Part shown: positions 1 to 12,116 of the stretch, in pieces
How the letters are laid out: each line of letters opens with the position of its first letter
Numbering within the stretch: position 1 is the first letter of the stretch
From: the human T2T-CHM13v2.0 reference genome, Homo sapiens
Length of the DNA stretch: 64,000 nucleotides
Assembly (NCBI GenBank): GCA_009914755.4
Contig: CP068257.2
Location: 35,968,001-36,032,000 of the forward strand
Direction: 5' to 3'
Program-made: the position numbers and the translations under genes
The notes under the pieces: model-generated
Told to the model about the DNA's origin: nothing
Seen by the model: only the letters and a program-made list of their open reading frames with translations
Database searches by the model: none

Positions 1-720
1 GATTTCTCCTAGGTTTATAATTTGTGTCTCACAAGGAATTTGTTCATTTCATCTAAATTGTCACATGTATTGGCATAAAGTTGTTTATAATATAACTTTA
101 TTAATTTTTTACTATTTGTAGGTACTATAGTAATGAGCCCTCTTTATTCCTGATATTGATAATCTGTGTGTTGTCTCTTCAGTTTTTTTTTTCTTAATCA
201 GTCTATTTAGAAGTTTATCAATCAACCAGCTTTTGATTTCCTGTAAGTTTTCCTATTATTTGTCCACTTCCAATTTCACTGATTTCAGCTCTTTACTGTT
301 TCCTTCATTCTTTTGATTTTGATATTATATTACTCCTCTTTTTTCTTCTAATTTCTTTAGGTTGATACTTAGATAACTGATGTTAGACTTTTCCTGTTTT
401 TCAATAAAGAATACATTTCTGACTACATGGCAGCATCCCACATATTTTGATATTATATTTTCATTCACTCGCATTGAAATATTTCTAATTTCCTTTGTGA
501 TCTCTTCTTTGACCGATGAATTACTTAGAAATGTACTACTTAATTTCCAAACATTTGTGGATTTTCTAGATATCTCTTTTAGTGGCTTGTATTTTAACTT
601 CATTGTAGTTAGGGTACATACTTGGTATGATATAAATCCTTTAAAATTTATTGAAACTGTTTCTGACACTGGATATGGTCTATAGTGAATGTTCCGTGTA
701 CACTTTTTACAAGATCTCTC
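1..720 (-). mobile_element. LINE-1 ORF2 fragment (endonuclease/early RT region), continues beyond the window start
   Basis: Minus-strand ORF 325..669 and flanking frames translate to L1 ORF2-like peptide (…KLKYKPLKEISRKSTNVWKL…, IDH.. motifs), matching L1 ORF2 …IKLELRIKNLTQSRSTTWKLNN… from memory. AT-rich. The 720-930 stretch is degenerate, with a local 136-bp direct repeat 'tacaagatctctcttaa'. Confidence 0.65.
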
Positions 721-930
721 TTAAATAAAATGCAAAGCTATAAAATTTCTAGAAGAAAATTTGCATAACCTTAGGTCTATTGATGAGATTTTACATATAC
801 AACACTAAATGCATGATCCATTTAAAAAGTTTATAAGTTATTTACAAGATCTCTCTTAATTTATATAAATATACATTGAAATCAGTACTGCCTGCATCAC
901 TGACTTTTATTTTTTATTTTTATTTGTAAT

Positions 931-1199
931 TTTTTTTTTTTTTTGAGGCTGGAGTCATTGGCACGATCTCTGCTCACTGCAACCTCTGCCTCCTGGGTTC
1001 AAGTGATTCTCCTGCCTCAGCCTCCTGAGTAGCTGGGACTACAGGCATGTGCCACCACGCCCGGCTAATTTTTGTATTTTTAGTAGAGATGAGGTTTCAC
1101 CATATTGGCCAGGCTGTTCTCGAACTCCTGACCTCGTGATCCTCCTGCCTCAGCCTCCCAAAGTGCTGGGATTAGAGGCGTGAGTCACCGCACCTGGCC
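931..1199 (-). mobile_element. Alu (AluS-like), full length, antisense
   Basis: Poly-T 931-944, then antisense Alu consensus (gaggctggagt…ggattagaggcgtgagtcaccgcacctggcc). Flanked by similar T-rich TSD-like strings (912-930 vs 1203-1224), consistent with insertion into the A-tail of the adjacent L1. Confidence 0.9.
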
Positions 1200-1200
1200 G

Positions 1201-1490
1201 TATTTTTTATTTTTAATTTGTTATTATTTGGGTGAATTTAAGGGGTACAAGTGCAATTTTGTTACATGATTATATTGAGTAGTGGTGAAGTCTGGGATGT
1301 TAGTGTATCCGTCATCAGAATAATGTACATTGTGCCCATTAAATCATTTCTCCTCATCCACCTCCCTCCCACCCTCCACCCTTCATAGTCGCCAGTGTCC
1401 AGTAATCCACAGTCTCTGTCCATGTGTACACATCCTTTAGGTCCCATTGATAAGTGAGAACGTGTGGTATTTGTCTCTTTCTAAATCTCC
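1201..1490 (-). mobile_element. L1 3'-end fragment (antisense) with A-tail
   Basis: 'aaggggtacaagtgcaattttgttacatg…cctccctcccaccctccaccc…ataagtgagaac' matches antisense of primate L1 3' terminus. T-rich tail at 1201-1225. Out of order with the ORF2 fragment at 1-720, so a separate L1 copy. Confidence 0.6.
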
Positions 1491-1944
1491 ACGGGTTTAA
1501 CATAACCTAAAGCATCTGTTGGTAAACTCAGCGTTTCAGGTGTGAAAACTCTGAAAGTAGAGGCACCATCCAGCGAGATGAAGCAGTCAACTCTGACCCT
1601 ACCCTAATGTGTGACTTAAGAGTCCTGAGCACCTGAGCACCTTACTCTGAAGATGACTGTCCCCAAGGGCATGCTGTGTCCTAGCCCAGTGTCAGTAACA
1701 GAGCTCCTTCTGCCTCATGCCTTACCCTCTTCTCCCTCTGCTCAAGAACCAGTTGTTTGGCTGTGAAAGTGGCACCGCGTAGGGAAGGGAGTCACACACC
1801 CAGCCCTGAATCCTGAACCGGCTGGGCACAGGTGTGCTGTGAGAGTCTCGGAGCCTCCCACAGGGATCATCTTGCCTGCCTTGCAGGTTGGGTATGGACG
1901 ATACATCACTTATGTGTGGTGCCAGCCACAGAGTGAGCAATGAA

Positions 1945-2075
1945 CACATTCATTCATTTATTCCACAAATATTTATTAAGCAACTGCTTTACACCAACAA
2001 CACCGTCCAGGCACTTGGGATAGGGTAGTGATTAAAATATAAAAAGGCCTGCCCACGTGGGGCTTAGACTCTAAA
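1945..2075 (-). mobile_element. MIR-family SINE fragment
   Basis: 'cattcattcatttattccacaaatatttattaagcaactgc…ccaggcacttggg…gcctgcccacgtggggcttagactct' resembles the antisense MIR core/3' region. Confidence 0.45.
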
Positions 2076-2107
2076 AAGCAGCAAAGAAAATGTAAACAAA
2101 TAAACAT

Positions 2108-2305
2108 ATTTCAGGTCAGGAGTTGGCTGGGGCTGCTGGAACAAACTGCCACAGGCCGGGTGGTTTGAACAACTGAAATCTCTTACTGATCTTCCTAGAG
2201 GCCGGAAGTCCAAGGTTGAGGTGTCCCTGGGGTTGGTTCCTGCTGGGGCTGTGAGGGGAAATCTGCCCAGGCCTCACCTCAGCTGTAGATGACCGGGCTG
2301 GTCCC
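2108..2305 (-). mobile_element. MLT1 (MaLR) LTR, left part of an element interrupted by HERV-H
   Basis: 'gggtggtttgaacaactgaaatctcttac…cctagaggccggaagtccaaggttgaggtg…ggttggttcctgctggggctgtgagggg' matches the reverse complement of the MLT1 consensus (GGGTGGCTTAAACAACA…CAGTTCTGGAGGCTGGGAAGTCCAAGATCAAGGTG…). The matching right part lies at 6901-7100. Confidence 0.6.
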
Positions 2306-2439
2306 GCCCAGGTCCAGCCTGGAAGGAGAATATCTCCTTGGTCTAAGAACCATTTGCCTTGTGTGGGAAGAGATTGATAGGTGGAAGTTTCAGCGGGGGA
2401 GTAGGTGGGAGTGACTGATGTGAAGGAGAAAAACTAGCC

Positions 2440-2560
2440 ATGAGGGACAGAAGTTGGAATGCTAGCTGTTTGTCTAGCCACCTTATCAGCATAAGCATTG
2501 CCTAGAGCAATGGGATCTGATGCCTTTTGATGCCCCTTGCAGTGAATGACTCCAGCTTCC
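2440..2560 (-). pseudogene. HERV-H pol RNase H C-terminal remnant
   Basis: Translation 'KAALLPKEAGVIHCKGHQKASDPIALGNAYADKVARQTA' parallels the gammaretroviral RNase H end (…[29 protein letters not shown]). Confidence 0.6.
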
Positions 2561-3803
2561 TTTGGAAGTAAAGCGGCTTTGAGAAGTGTTTTTATTGAAG
2601 AGGGATTAATGATAGAGGATCCTTGTGTAGTGAGGAAACCTCTTGTATGGTGGTGCAGGATATGGATGGCATATTTAGAGTCAGTATAAATATTGACGTG
2701 TAGTCCCTTTGCAAGAGTGAGGACTTGACTTAAGGCAATGAGTTCGGCTTGCTGAGAGGTAGTGGATGGGGGCAGAGCGATAGCCTCAATGATAGGTGTG
2801 GAAGATACTATAGCATAGCCTGCCTTTGCTGGTGAGTGGCGATTAGGCCTAGTGGAACTGCCATCAATAAACCAAGTGTGATCAGGGTGAGGAACAGGAA
2901 AGAAGGAAATATGGGGAAATGGGGTGAATGTCAGGTGGATCAGAGAGATACAGTCATGGGGATCAGGTGTGGTATCAGGAGTAATGTGGGAGGCTGGATT
3001 GAAGGCCGGGCTAGGAACAATGGTAATTGTGGGAGACTCAACAAAGAGTGAGTACAGCTGAAGGAGCCGGGGAGCAGAAAGTATATGTGTCAGGTGTGAG
3101 GAAGAAAATAGATTTTGGAAGTTATGAGAACTGTAGAGAGTGAGTTGAGCATAGTTTGTGATTTTAAGGGCCTCTAAAAGTATTAGGGCAGTGGCGGCCG
3201 CCGCACGCAGACTTGAGGGCTAGGCAAAATAGTAAGGTCAAGTTGTTTGGACAGAAAGGCTACAGGGTGCGGTCCCAGCTCTTGTGTAAGAATTCTGACC
3301 ACACTAACCATGCCTAGGAAGGAAAGGAGTTGTTGTTTTGTAGGTGCTGGGGTTTGAGAGATCAGTAGGACATGATCAGCAGGGAGAGCACGTGTGTTTT
3401 TATGAGAATTATGCCGAGATAGGTAACAGATGAGGATGAAATTTGGGCTTGACTGAAGTAATGGGGGCTATCTGTGAAGGCTTGTGGCAGTACAGCCCAG
3501 GTAATTTGCTGAACCTGATGGGTGTTAGGGTCAGTCTAAGTGAAAGCAAAGAAAGGCTAGGATGAAGGGTGCAAAGGGATAGTAATGAAAGCATGTTTGA
3601 GATCCAGAACAGAATAATGGGTTGTGGAGGGAGGTATTGAGGATAGGAGAGTATATGGGTTTGGCACCATGGGGTGGATAGGCAAAACAACTTGGTCAAT
3701 AAGGCGCAGATCCTGAACTAACCTGTAAGGCTTGTCTGGTTCTAGGACAGGTAAAATGGGGGAATTGTAAGGAGAGTTTATAGGCTTTAAAAGGCCATGC
3801 TGT

Positions 3804-4164
<361 letters not shown>

Positions 4165-4347
4165 TTAGGTTTTAATGAGATGGTAAGGGGTGCATGATCG
4201 GTCGCCAAGGAGGGAGTAGAGGTATCCTATACTTGTGGGTTAAGGTCGGGGGAAACAAGAGGAGGACGCAAAGGAGGCTTTGGATTGGGAAGAAGGGTGG
4301 CAATGAGATGTGGCTACAGTCCAGGAATAGTCAGGGAAGCAGATAAT

Positions 4348-4584
4348 TTAGTTAGTGTCTCGGCCTAATAAGGGAACTGGGCAGGTGGGGATAATTAAAA
4401 ATAAGTGCTTAAAACAGTATCGTCTAAGTTGGCGCCAGAGTTGGGGAGTTTTAAGAGGTTTAGAAGCCTGGCCGTCAATACCCACAACAGTTATGGAGGC
4501 AAGGGAAACAGGCCTTTGAAAAGGAGGTAATGTGGAGTGGGTAGTCTCCGTATTGACTAAGAAGGGGATGGACTTTCCCTCCAC
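4348..4584 (-). pseudogene. HERV-H protease remnant
   Basis: ORF 4348..4584 (-): '…GKSIPFLVNTETTHSTLPPFQRP…' resembles the retroviral aspartyl protease active-site region (LVDTGA degenerated to LVNTET). Confidence 0.5.
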
Positions 4585-4764
4585 CGTGAGAGTTACTCGA
4601 AGTTCGGCATCCGTGATGGTCTAGGGGGCTTCTGAGGCGATTGGGCAGTGTCAGTCTTCAGCTGCTAAGCCGAGAAGATCTGGGAAGGAGTCAGTCAGAG
4701 AGCCTTGGGCCAGAGTTCCAGGGGCTCTGGGAGTGGCTGTCAGGTGAGTTGAACAGTCCGATTT

Positions 4765-4980
4765 TCAGTGGGGTCCCGCACAGATGGGATGCGGCTTAGG
4801 AGGAATCCTGGGCTGCAGGCATTCCTTGGCCTGGTGGCCAGATTTCTGGCACTTGTAGCATGCTCCCGGGGGAGGAGGTTCTGGAGGAACCCCTGGCAGC
4901 TGCGCTTCAGGCGTTTGGAAGTTCTTGTGTCCTGGAGATGTGGCTGGGGTTTGTCTCACAGTGGAGGCAAGGAATTGCAA
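4765..4980 (-). pseudogene. HERV-H gag nucleocapsid (CCHC zinc knuckle) remnant
   Basis: ORF 4765..4980 (-) ends '…GACYKCQKSGHQAKECLQPRIPPKPHPICAGPH': a CX2CX4HX4C zinc knuckle followed by the PICAGPH motif typical of HERV-H gag. Confidence 0.7.
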
Positions 4981-6465
4981 CTCAGAAATATGTTGCTACT
5001 TGGCTGCTTCTACTCTATTATTGTACACCTTGAAGGTGAGGTTAATTAAGTCCTGTTGTGGGGTTTGAGGGCTGGAATTTATTTTTTGGAGCTTTATTTA
5101 AAGTCGGGAGCGGACTGGGTAATAAAATGTATATTGAGAATAAGACGGCCTTTTGACCTTTCAGGGTCTAGGGCTGTAAAGCGTCTCAGGGTTGCTGCCG
5201 AACGAGCCATGAACTGGGCTGGGTTTTTCATATTTGATGAAAGAGCCTAAACGCTAACTGATTTGGGAGAGGTCGGATAAAGAAAAAGGAGCATTAACCT
5301 TGACTATGCCTTTAGCTCCAGCCACCCTTTTTAAGAGGAAATTGCTGGGCTGGTGGGGGAGGGCTAGTCACGGAACGAAACTGTAAGCCAGACTGGTGTG
5401 AGGAGGGGAGGTGATAAAAGGATTATAAGGTGGAAGAGCGGAGGCTGAGGAAGAATTGGGACCTAGCTCAGCCTGGCGAGGAGGGGAGGGGTCAGATGGG
5501 CCTGTAGAAAAGGAAGATTAGAAGGACTCAGCGATGCTTGGGGTTGGGACTGAGGGGACAGGCAGGAGGGAAAGAAGGAAGATTTGGGACGACTTGCATT
5601 GGGAACAGAGACTAGAGAGGGACTGATGTGTAAAAGAATGCCTGGATGTCAGGCACCTCAGACCGTTTGCCTATTTTACAACAAGAATTATTTACATCTT
5701 GTAGAATGGAAAAATTGAAAGTGCCGTTTTCTGGCTATTTGGAACCATTGTCAAGTTTGTATTGGGGTCAGGTGGCATTGCAGAAGAAAATAAGGCATTT
5801 AGGTTTTAGGTCAGGTGTGAGTTGAAGAGGTTTTAGGTTTTTAAGAACACAGGCTAAGGGAGAAGGGGGAATGGAGGGTGGAAGCTTGCCCATAGTGAAG
5901 GAGGTAAGCCCAGAGAAAAGAGAGAGTAGAGACATGGAGAGAAGGGGTGGGGGGTTCTTGACCCCCAGAAAAGCGGAGAAGGGGTGGCGACACAGAGAGA
6001 AGGGGTTGGGGGGTTGTTGCCCCCCAGAAAGGCGGTACTTGCCGCTAAGGGTGAAGGACCAAGGCAGGCGTCCCCGCGTGGTAAAACACCTCTGAAACGT
6101 GGGTGAATAATCAGGGATGTGTCCCCGCGTGATTAAACACCAAGGGAAGACTTCTTGAGTCCGTGACTGGCGCTGGAGTTTTGGGTCCACGGATAAAACG
6201 CGTCTCCTTCGTCTTTACCAGAAAAGGAAAGGAACTGAAATTAAGGGAGAGATTAAAGTGTGGTGCCAAGATTGAAAGGAGAAAGAGGTTGAGGGACAGT
6301 GAGAGAGGTTGGAGAAGAGAGTAAAAACAAGGCCACTTACCGGAGTTAAAATTGGTGAGATGTTCCTTGGGCTGGTTAGTCTGAGGACCAGAGGTCGTAG
6401 GTGGATCTTTCTCATGGAGCAAAGAGCAGGAGGACAGGGGATTGATCTCCCAAGGGAGGCCCCCG

Positions 6466-6483
6466 ATCCGAGTCACGGCACCA
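6466..6483 (-). promoter_or_regulatory. Retroviral primer-binding site complementary to the tRNA-His 3' end
   Basis: Minus strand reads TGGTGCCGTGACTCGGAT, complementary to the tRNA-His 3' terminus (…ATCCGAGTCACGGCACCA). This is the defining HERV-H PBS, immediately 3' of the LTR. Confidence 0.85.
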
Positions 6484-6900
6484 AAATTTCACTCGCGTCC
6501 TTGTGAAGAGACCACCAAACCGGCTTTGTGTGAGCAACAAGGCTGTTTATTTCACGTGGGTGTGGGTGGGCTGAGTCCGAAAAGAGAGTCAGCGAAGGGA
6601 GATAGGGGTGGGGCCATTTCATAAGATTTGGGTAGGTAAAGGAAAATTACAGGCAAAGGAGGGTTGTTCTCTGGCGGGCAGGAGTGGGGGTCACAAGGTG
6701 CTCAGTAGGGGAGCTTTTGAGCCAGGATGAGCCAGGAGAAGGAATTTCACAAGATAATGTCATCAGTTAAGGCAGGAACAGGCCATTTTCACTTCTTTTG
6801 TGGTGGAATGTCATCAGTTAAGGCAGGAACCGGCCATCTGGATGTGTATGTGCAGGTCACAGGGGATATGATGGCTTAGCTTGGGCTCAGAGGCCTGACA
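6484..6900 (-). mobile_element. LTR7 (HERV-H 5' LTR)
   Basis: Minus strand starts TGTCAGGCCTCTGAGCCCAAGC… (6900 going down) and ends …CACAAGGACGCGAGTGAAATTT before the PBS. Contains the characteristic tandem 'atgtcatcagttaaggcaggaac' repeats (6757-6842). 417 bp. Confidence 0.85.
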
Positions 6901-7100
6901 TCCTCTCAACCCCCAACTAATTACATTTGCAAAGACGCTATTTTAAAATAAGGTCACATCCTGAGGTTCTGGGTAGATGTGAAATTTGGGGGATACTATT
7001 CAACCCCTTACAGGCATTCACACTGGGCTCAGCATGTGGTAGCAAGGTAGTCACCCACAGTGGCTGGAAGCTCCTTCCTTTAGGCCTGAGACAGGAGGCC
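6901..7100 (-). mobile_element. MLT1 (MaLR) LTR, right part of the element split by HERV-H
   Basis: 'tcctctcaacccccaactaattacatttgcaaagacgctattttaaaataaggtcacatcctgaggttctggg…aatttgggggatactattcaacccc' matches the reverse-complement MLT1 3' region (…GACCTCATCTAAACCTAATTACCTCCCAAAGGCCCCATCTCCAAATACCATCACATTGGGGGTTAGGGCTTCAACATATGAATTTGG…). About 150 bp of the MLT1 middle is missing. Confidence 0.55.
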
Positions 7101-7383
7101 CTGAGAGTCCTGGTCCCGACCTGGTGAGCCCTGCTCCCGCCCCAGATGACCCCTCATGACCCCTAATCTTTGGGGACAAGCCTGCTGACACTGACCAGGC
7201 TGGAGGACATTTGTTTGCTCCCCTCCTCCAGCACCCAGGGCAGCCCTGGAGTTTTTTCTAGCTTTCCCCGATTCTTTTTTCAGCCCTATTTTATTTTCTG
7301 CATCTTTTTTTCCTATATCTCAAGTAGCCTGCAATCAAACCAAAGGCACGGTCTGAATGTTGTGGTTATTGAGAGGGTAAAGT

Positions 7384-7516
7384 TTTTTATTTTTATTTTT
7401 AGAGATGGCATCTCTCACTGTTACCCAGGCTGGAGTGCAGTGGTGTGATCCTTTGGACTCAGTTGATCCTCCCGCTTCAGCCTCTTGAGTAGCTGAGTCT
7501 ACAGGCATGCACCACT
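7384..7516 (-). mobile_element. Alu, 3' portion (antisense), separated from its other part by a 364-bp insertion
   Basis: T-rich tail 7384-7400, then antisense Alu right arm up to '…ctacaggcatgcaccac'. The consensus continues at 7881. Confidence 0.8.
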
Positions 7517-7880
7517 GTGGAGTCCAAATTAGTAAGCAACAATGAGAAAGGGGCCCCCTGTGGGGAGAGCCATTGTTCTGAGAGACCGGTAATCACAGAC
7601 AACCCACTAGCACAACATCCTGTTCCCAAATACCTCGCGCCACACAGCGCCAGCAGCACAACCTCATTCTGCACATAGCCCCCTCCAGTGTGAACCTATA
7701 AAACTTCCCTCCAGCCCCTGCCTCTCTGCACACAGCCCTTTCTCTGCTGTGCTGTCCATTAAACCCTTGCAACATTTCTCTGTACCTTACCTAATAAATT
7801 GGCCTTTCTTTACTTACAACTGTCTTGGTAAAATCTTCTACCACCTGTGATGCTGGCCCCAGCCAGTCGCACCCACGACA
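7517..7880. mobile_element. Unclassified ~364-bp insertion interrupting an Alu; solo-LTR-like
   Basis: Begins 'tgtgg', ends 'cgaca' (TG…CA). Contains 'tataaaa' (~7703) and 'aataaa' (~7795) in LTR U3-R-U5 order. Flanking Alu halves share 'caccac/gccacca' (4-5-bp TSD-like). Family not recognised. Confidence 0.35.
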
Positions 7881-8031
7881 GCCACCATGTCCGGCTTTTT
7901 AAAAAAATTTTTGTAGAGATGGGGTCTTGCCATGTTGCCCAGGCTGGTCTTGAACTCCTGGCTTCAAATGATCCTCCTGCCTCAGCCATCTAATATGCTG
8001 GGATTACAAGCGCAAGCCACCGTGCCTAGGC
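7881..8031 (-). mobile_element. Alu, 5' portion (antisense), continuation of 7384-7516
   Basis: 'gccaccatgtccggctttttaaaaaaatttttgtagagatggggtcttgccatgttgcccaggctggtcttgaactcctgg…gggattacaagcgcaagccaccgtgcctaggc' is contiguous in the Alu consensus with the 7516 breakpoint. Confidence 0.8.
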
Positions 8032-9399
8032 TGCAAACGTTTTTCTAAACGTTAAAGCAATCATTTGTTTAAAACTATTTTTAATTTGAAAAGAGAGAGA
8101 AAGTACAATACGTAAATGCGTGAAATTGGTGGTGGGCTGCAAAAATGCTCATACTGAGTTCTTTCTGTCTGTCCCCTCTCGACTTGGTTATCAATTCCTG
8201 CACCCCCTTGGGCTCTGTCAGGATTGCATCCTGTCTGCTTTGTACACATGGAACAGACTTCTGGGTTCTTGGCAGCCCTAAGGGATCAGGCTCTAGTGAG
8301 TGATCACAGCCAGCGCTGCCTTCCTTTCAGGCCCTGGTGCTTCTCTGTTTATGTGCCTTACGGCTTCTGCAGCGCTGCGATGCCTGGAGGAAGAATTTCC
8401 CACTTAGAGGCTTACTGCTCTGTGCACAGACACGCGAGTTGCAGAATGAGTGTCTAATTTGGCGTGGCCCATGAAGGGTGAAGGCTCAGCCCCAGGTCTT
8501 GGTTTACCTTCAGCTGCTGGCAATGGAGGTGAGGGGGAGGGTGGGGCCGTGGGTTTCCACTTAATTTGTTTCTCCTGGATCTTTGGCCCTGGCAGCCTCC
8601 CTTCAGCATTTTGAGGTACGGATAAACCCCCGGAGAAGGTTTGTTCAGATTCCATTTGACACCAGTTATCTCGGTCACCCTGTGTCTGAGTGCCGGCTAA
8701 GTAGCTGTCCGCCTGCATTTCCCATTGCAGTCTTCTCACTTCCAGGACTTGTTAGGGTGCATTAGCCAGAGCTAATTAGCAGTGAGATTGTTGCTGTGGC
8801 TCAGAGGGTTTCATAGGGCGGCTCTTCGTGGCTTCAGCATGGGTGCAAACCAAGGGATGACGTGAATAGCGATCCTGACAGTTGTGTTTTCATCAGGGAG
8901 CTGCTGTGACCCTCTCGTTGGAATGCCGTGAATATGATGTGGTTCTGTCTTCCTTGTTGCTACTTTTTGGCGGGGAAGTGATGTGTGAATTCGGAGAAGG
9001 AAGCAGAGGAGGGCCGGGTGGGCGTTGCCCTGGGCAGGTGCTGTAGAGGGAGGGGACAGTGTGGAAACTGGGCTGAGGGAGTTAACCCCTCTCACCAGGC
9101 CCCTTCCCAGCCCAGCGTCCGCAGAAGTGGAAGGGAAATGGCAGTGAGGCCTCATGTGGCAGGTGGTTTTCCAAAGCTAACTACAAAGCTGTTGCCACGC
9201 CTATGGTCTTCTGTGAACTTGCCACCCTGTGATGGTGGAGCCTCTGCGTGGTGGAATCCTGGAATCCGACTGCATGGAGCATCGGAATATGGTGAAAAAT
9301 CACTCCGTTCCTCGTGTGGATAGGTAAACCAAAAATAAAATTCCAACCCCGCCCCCCGCCCTCCCCATCTGAAGGTACCCCTCCCCTTGGCAAGGGTAT

Positions 9400-10130
9400 T
9401 GGAAGGCTAACCTGAGGGACTGGTTCAGGCCACGATGTGGGGCGGGGGCTGGACATGCCTCACTATCCCCTCCTCCCTTTCAGAATGACTGATAGAACAG
9501 GCTCTTTCAGTCTAATGAGAAACATTTACAATCTCTTCTCTCTGAAGCCTGCTACCTGGTAGCTTCACCTGCATAATAAAACTTTGGTTTCCACAACCCC
9601 TTAACATAACCCAGACACTCCTTTCTATTGATGCCAGGTCTTTAGATAGTAACTTAACTCCTTCAACCGATTGCCAATCAGAAAAAATTTAAATCTAACT
9701 ATAACCTGGAAGTCCCCTCCCCGCTTCCAGTTGTCCCGCCTTTCTGGACAAAACCAATGTTTATCCAACATGAACTTGATGTCTAGTGTCTCCCTAAAGT
9801 GTGTAAAACTAGGCTGTGCCCTGACCACCTTGGGCACATGTTCTCAGGGTCTCCTGGGGCTGTGTTATGGGCAGAGTTTGGCTCTTTTCACTGACAGACA
9901 TTAACATTAACTGAGGTGCTTTGGCTTCTAGCCCCTTGGAAGATGCCGTCCTGTAAGGAGGGGCACCTGGAGACTTCCCGACTGGGAAGAGCTCACATCT
10001 TGTGGAGTTTGGGGGCTGCGGAGACAGAGCAAGACAAGGAGGCTGAGGCACCCGCTGATGGTGCTTGGGTCAGAGACACATCCTCTGTGCCTGTCCTCCC
10101 AATCCCTGACCTGTAAAATCATGAGAAAAT
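9400..10130. repeat. Possible old LTR-like element (unclassified)
   Basis: Contains 'ctgcataataaaactttggtttcc', 'ccaatcag' and 'taaaactaggctgtgccctgaccaccttgggcacatg' motifs reminiscent of ERV LTRs. I cannot assign a family. Confidence 0.25.
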
Positions 10131-11477
10131 AAAGGATGATTTGAAGCCTTGAAGTGTGGGGAGGCTGCCTATGGAGCAACCACATCACCGGAGCATCCAG
10201 CCAAGACAAGGCTGGGATGCGGATGAGGTTGTAAGATGAGCTGCCCAATAGCCTGGTGGATGGGGATTTCAGCGGCTCTCCCAGGCAAAGAGAGGGGCAT
10301 CTGGCAGGGCCCAGTGAAGACTCTGGCTTCCTGTGCAGCCTGGTGGAGGCCCCCATCTCACTGCCTCTGGGTGTGAGAGGGGACTGAGCAAGAGCAACTC
10401 ACTGTCCGCTTGCTGGGAAGCTCAACGTTCATCTCCCCACTTAGCAAATGCATCCCGATTACGTGTCCACAGGCCTGCTGAGACAGGAGGAGCAAACAGG
10501 TGACCTGGGCCCTCAGCAACTGACGGTGTAGTGGCACGTCCCAAGAAATCCCTGCACATCCCTGGGAGGGGCAGGCGGGTTTCCATGGGTCACTCAGAGT
10601 GGGGAGTGCAACCCAGATGGTGGCTGCTCCACCAAGAGCCTCCCTTAGCTGGTACCTCTCTGGATGCTCCTCTGGGGAGTCTTAGCGATGGAAGCAATAT
10701 GGCCATCAAGGTATCATAGCTGGGTCATGACATGAGCACCTCCTGAATCCAGGTGGATAAATACAGGTGAGATTTCCTTAGGGGCTTTGAGGCACCACTT
10801 GTTGAGACCCCTCTCCCTCGAGGAACAGGGAGTCATGTTTAGGGACTAAGCCCTGATCTTTTTCCCTTCGTCTTTGTTATCCTTGGCAGTAGCCCTGAGC
10901 CCTCCTGTAAAAAGTAAAGTAGAGGTTCCTCTTCAAAGATTTTCTCCCCATTTAATTAGGAATAAATAGTAACTTCTCTTAAAAGCAAAATTTAGTCAAA
11001 GACCTGCACTAACATTCTTAAATATCTGCTAGCCGTAATAAAGAAATCAATATACTTTATGTTCTTAGCTCCCACAATTTAGCCTAAATATTTGCCATGA
11101 CATGCTTATACTGGTCCAAGCAAGCATTAGGTCATAGCCTGTTCCTCTTCCTTATTTGAAGGTGGTTTTACCTTTCTCAGCATTCCGCAAAGTTACTTCC
11201 TCCTTCCTCTGTTCTCCTCTGCCTTTGCCTGTTTTAAAAAGTTCTAAGTTGCTAGCCAATCGAGACAAATACAGAATGTGAGGTTCCCTTCCAGCCAGTG
11301 GAAACCGGACACAGCAGTAGGGTGGACGCGCCAGGTTATAAATGATCCCGTCTCCTTTGTTTGGTGTATTGTCGTGGCAAAACTGCTGGCGAGTGTACCC
11401 TTTCTGCAGAAAGTATAAAAATGGCCTTGCTAAAAAAATTAAATTTATGTTCAAGTGCTATTTCTTTCTTTCTTTCT

Positions 11478-11774
11478 TTTTTTTTTTTTTTTTGAGACAG
11501 AGTCTTGCTCTGTCGACTAGGCTGGAGTGCAGCGGTGCGATCCTGGCTCACTGCAACCTCCGCCTTCTGAGTTCAAGCAATTCTCTGCCTCACCCTCCCA
11601 AGTAGCTGGGACTACAGGCACATGCCGCCACGCCCGGCTAATTTTTTTGTATTTTTAGTAGAGACGGGGTTTCACCGTGTTAGCCAGGATGGTCTGGATC
11701 TCCTGACCTCGTGATCCGCCCACCTCGGCCTTCCAGAGTGCTGGGATTATAGGCGTGAGCCACCGCACCCGGCT
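11478..11774 (-). mobile_element. Alu (AluS/Y-like), antisense, with 16-bp TSD
   Basis: T/CTTT-rich tail 11478-11503, then antisense Alu to '…caccgcacccggct'. Perfect TSD 'caagtgctatttcttt' at 11462-11477 and 11775-11790. Confidence 0.9.
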
Positions 11775-12116
11775 CAAGTGCTATTTCTTTACGGCACCGG
11801 GAAACAAGCATTTTAAACACCTCCTGACTCACTGAAGCCAGTTTTTGTTACTGGGCAAGAAGGAATGGCTGAAGATCCCCCACAACGTGGTGCCTCCTCT
11901 GCCCAGCAGCCTGTGCCTTATGGTGTGAGACGCAGCCCCAAGGACTTTTCCTCAGGAGGAGGCTCATCTTATCCTGGGGCTTGTGGGTTTTGTCCTGGGC
12001 TCAGGAGGGCACTGCACGTTTATAAAATAAAACCTCAGATTTCTTTAATAATAGGGAATTAAAAGGGAGTGGATAAACTTAATGTAAAGACAATTCACAA
12101 ATGTTTTAATCAATAG

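Noticed and set aside
9400-11460. Possible additional LTR/ERV remnants (motifs such as 'ctgcataataaaactttgg', 'ccaatcgagacaaatacagaatgtgaggttccc', 'tataaaaatggcc')
   Set aside because: I could not match them to a specific family from memory, so I listed only a low-confidence repeat feature. This needs RepeatMasker.
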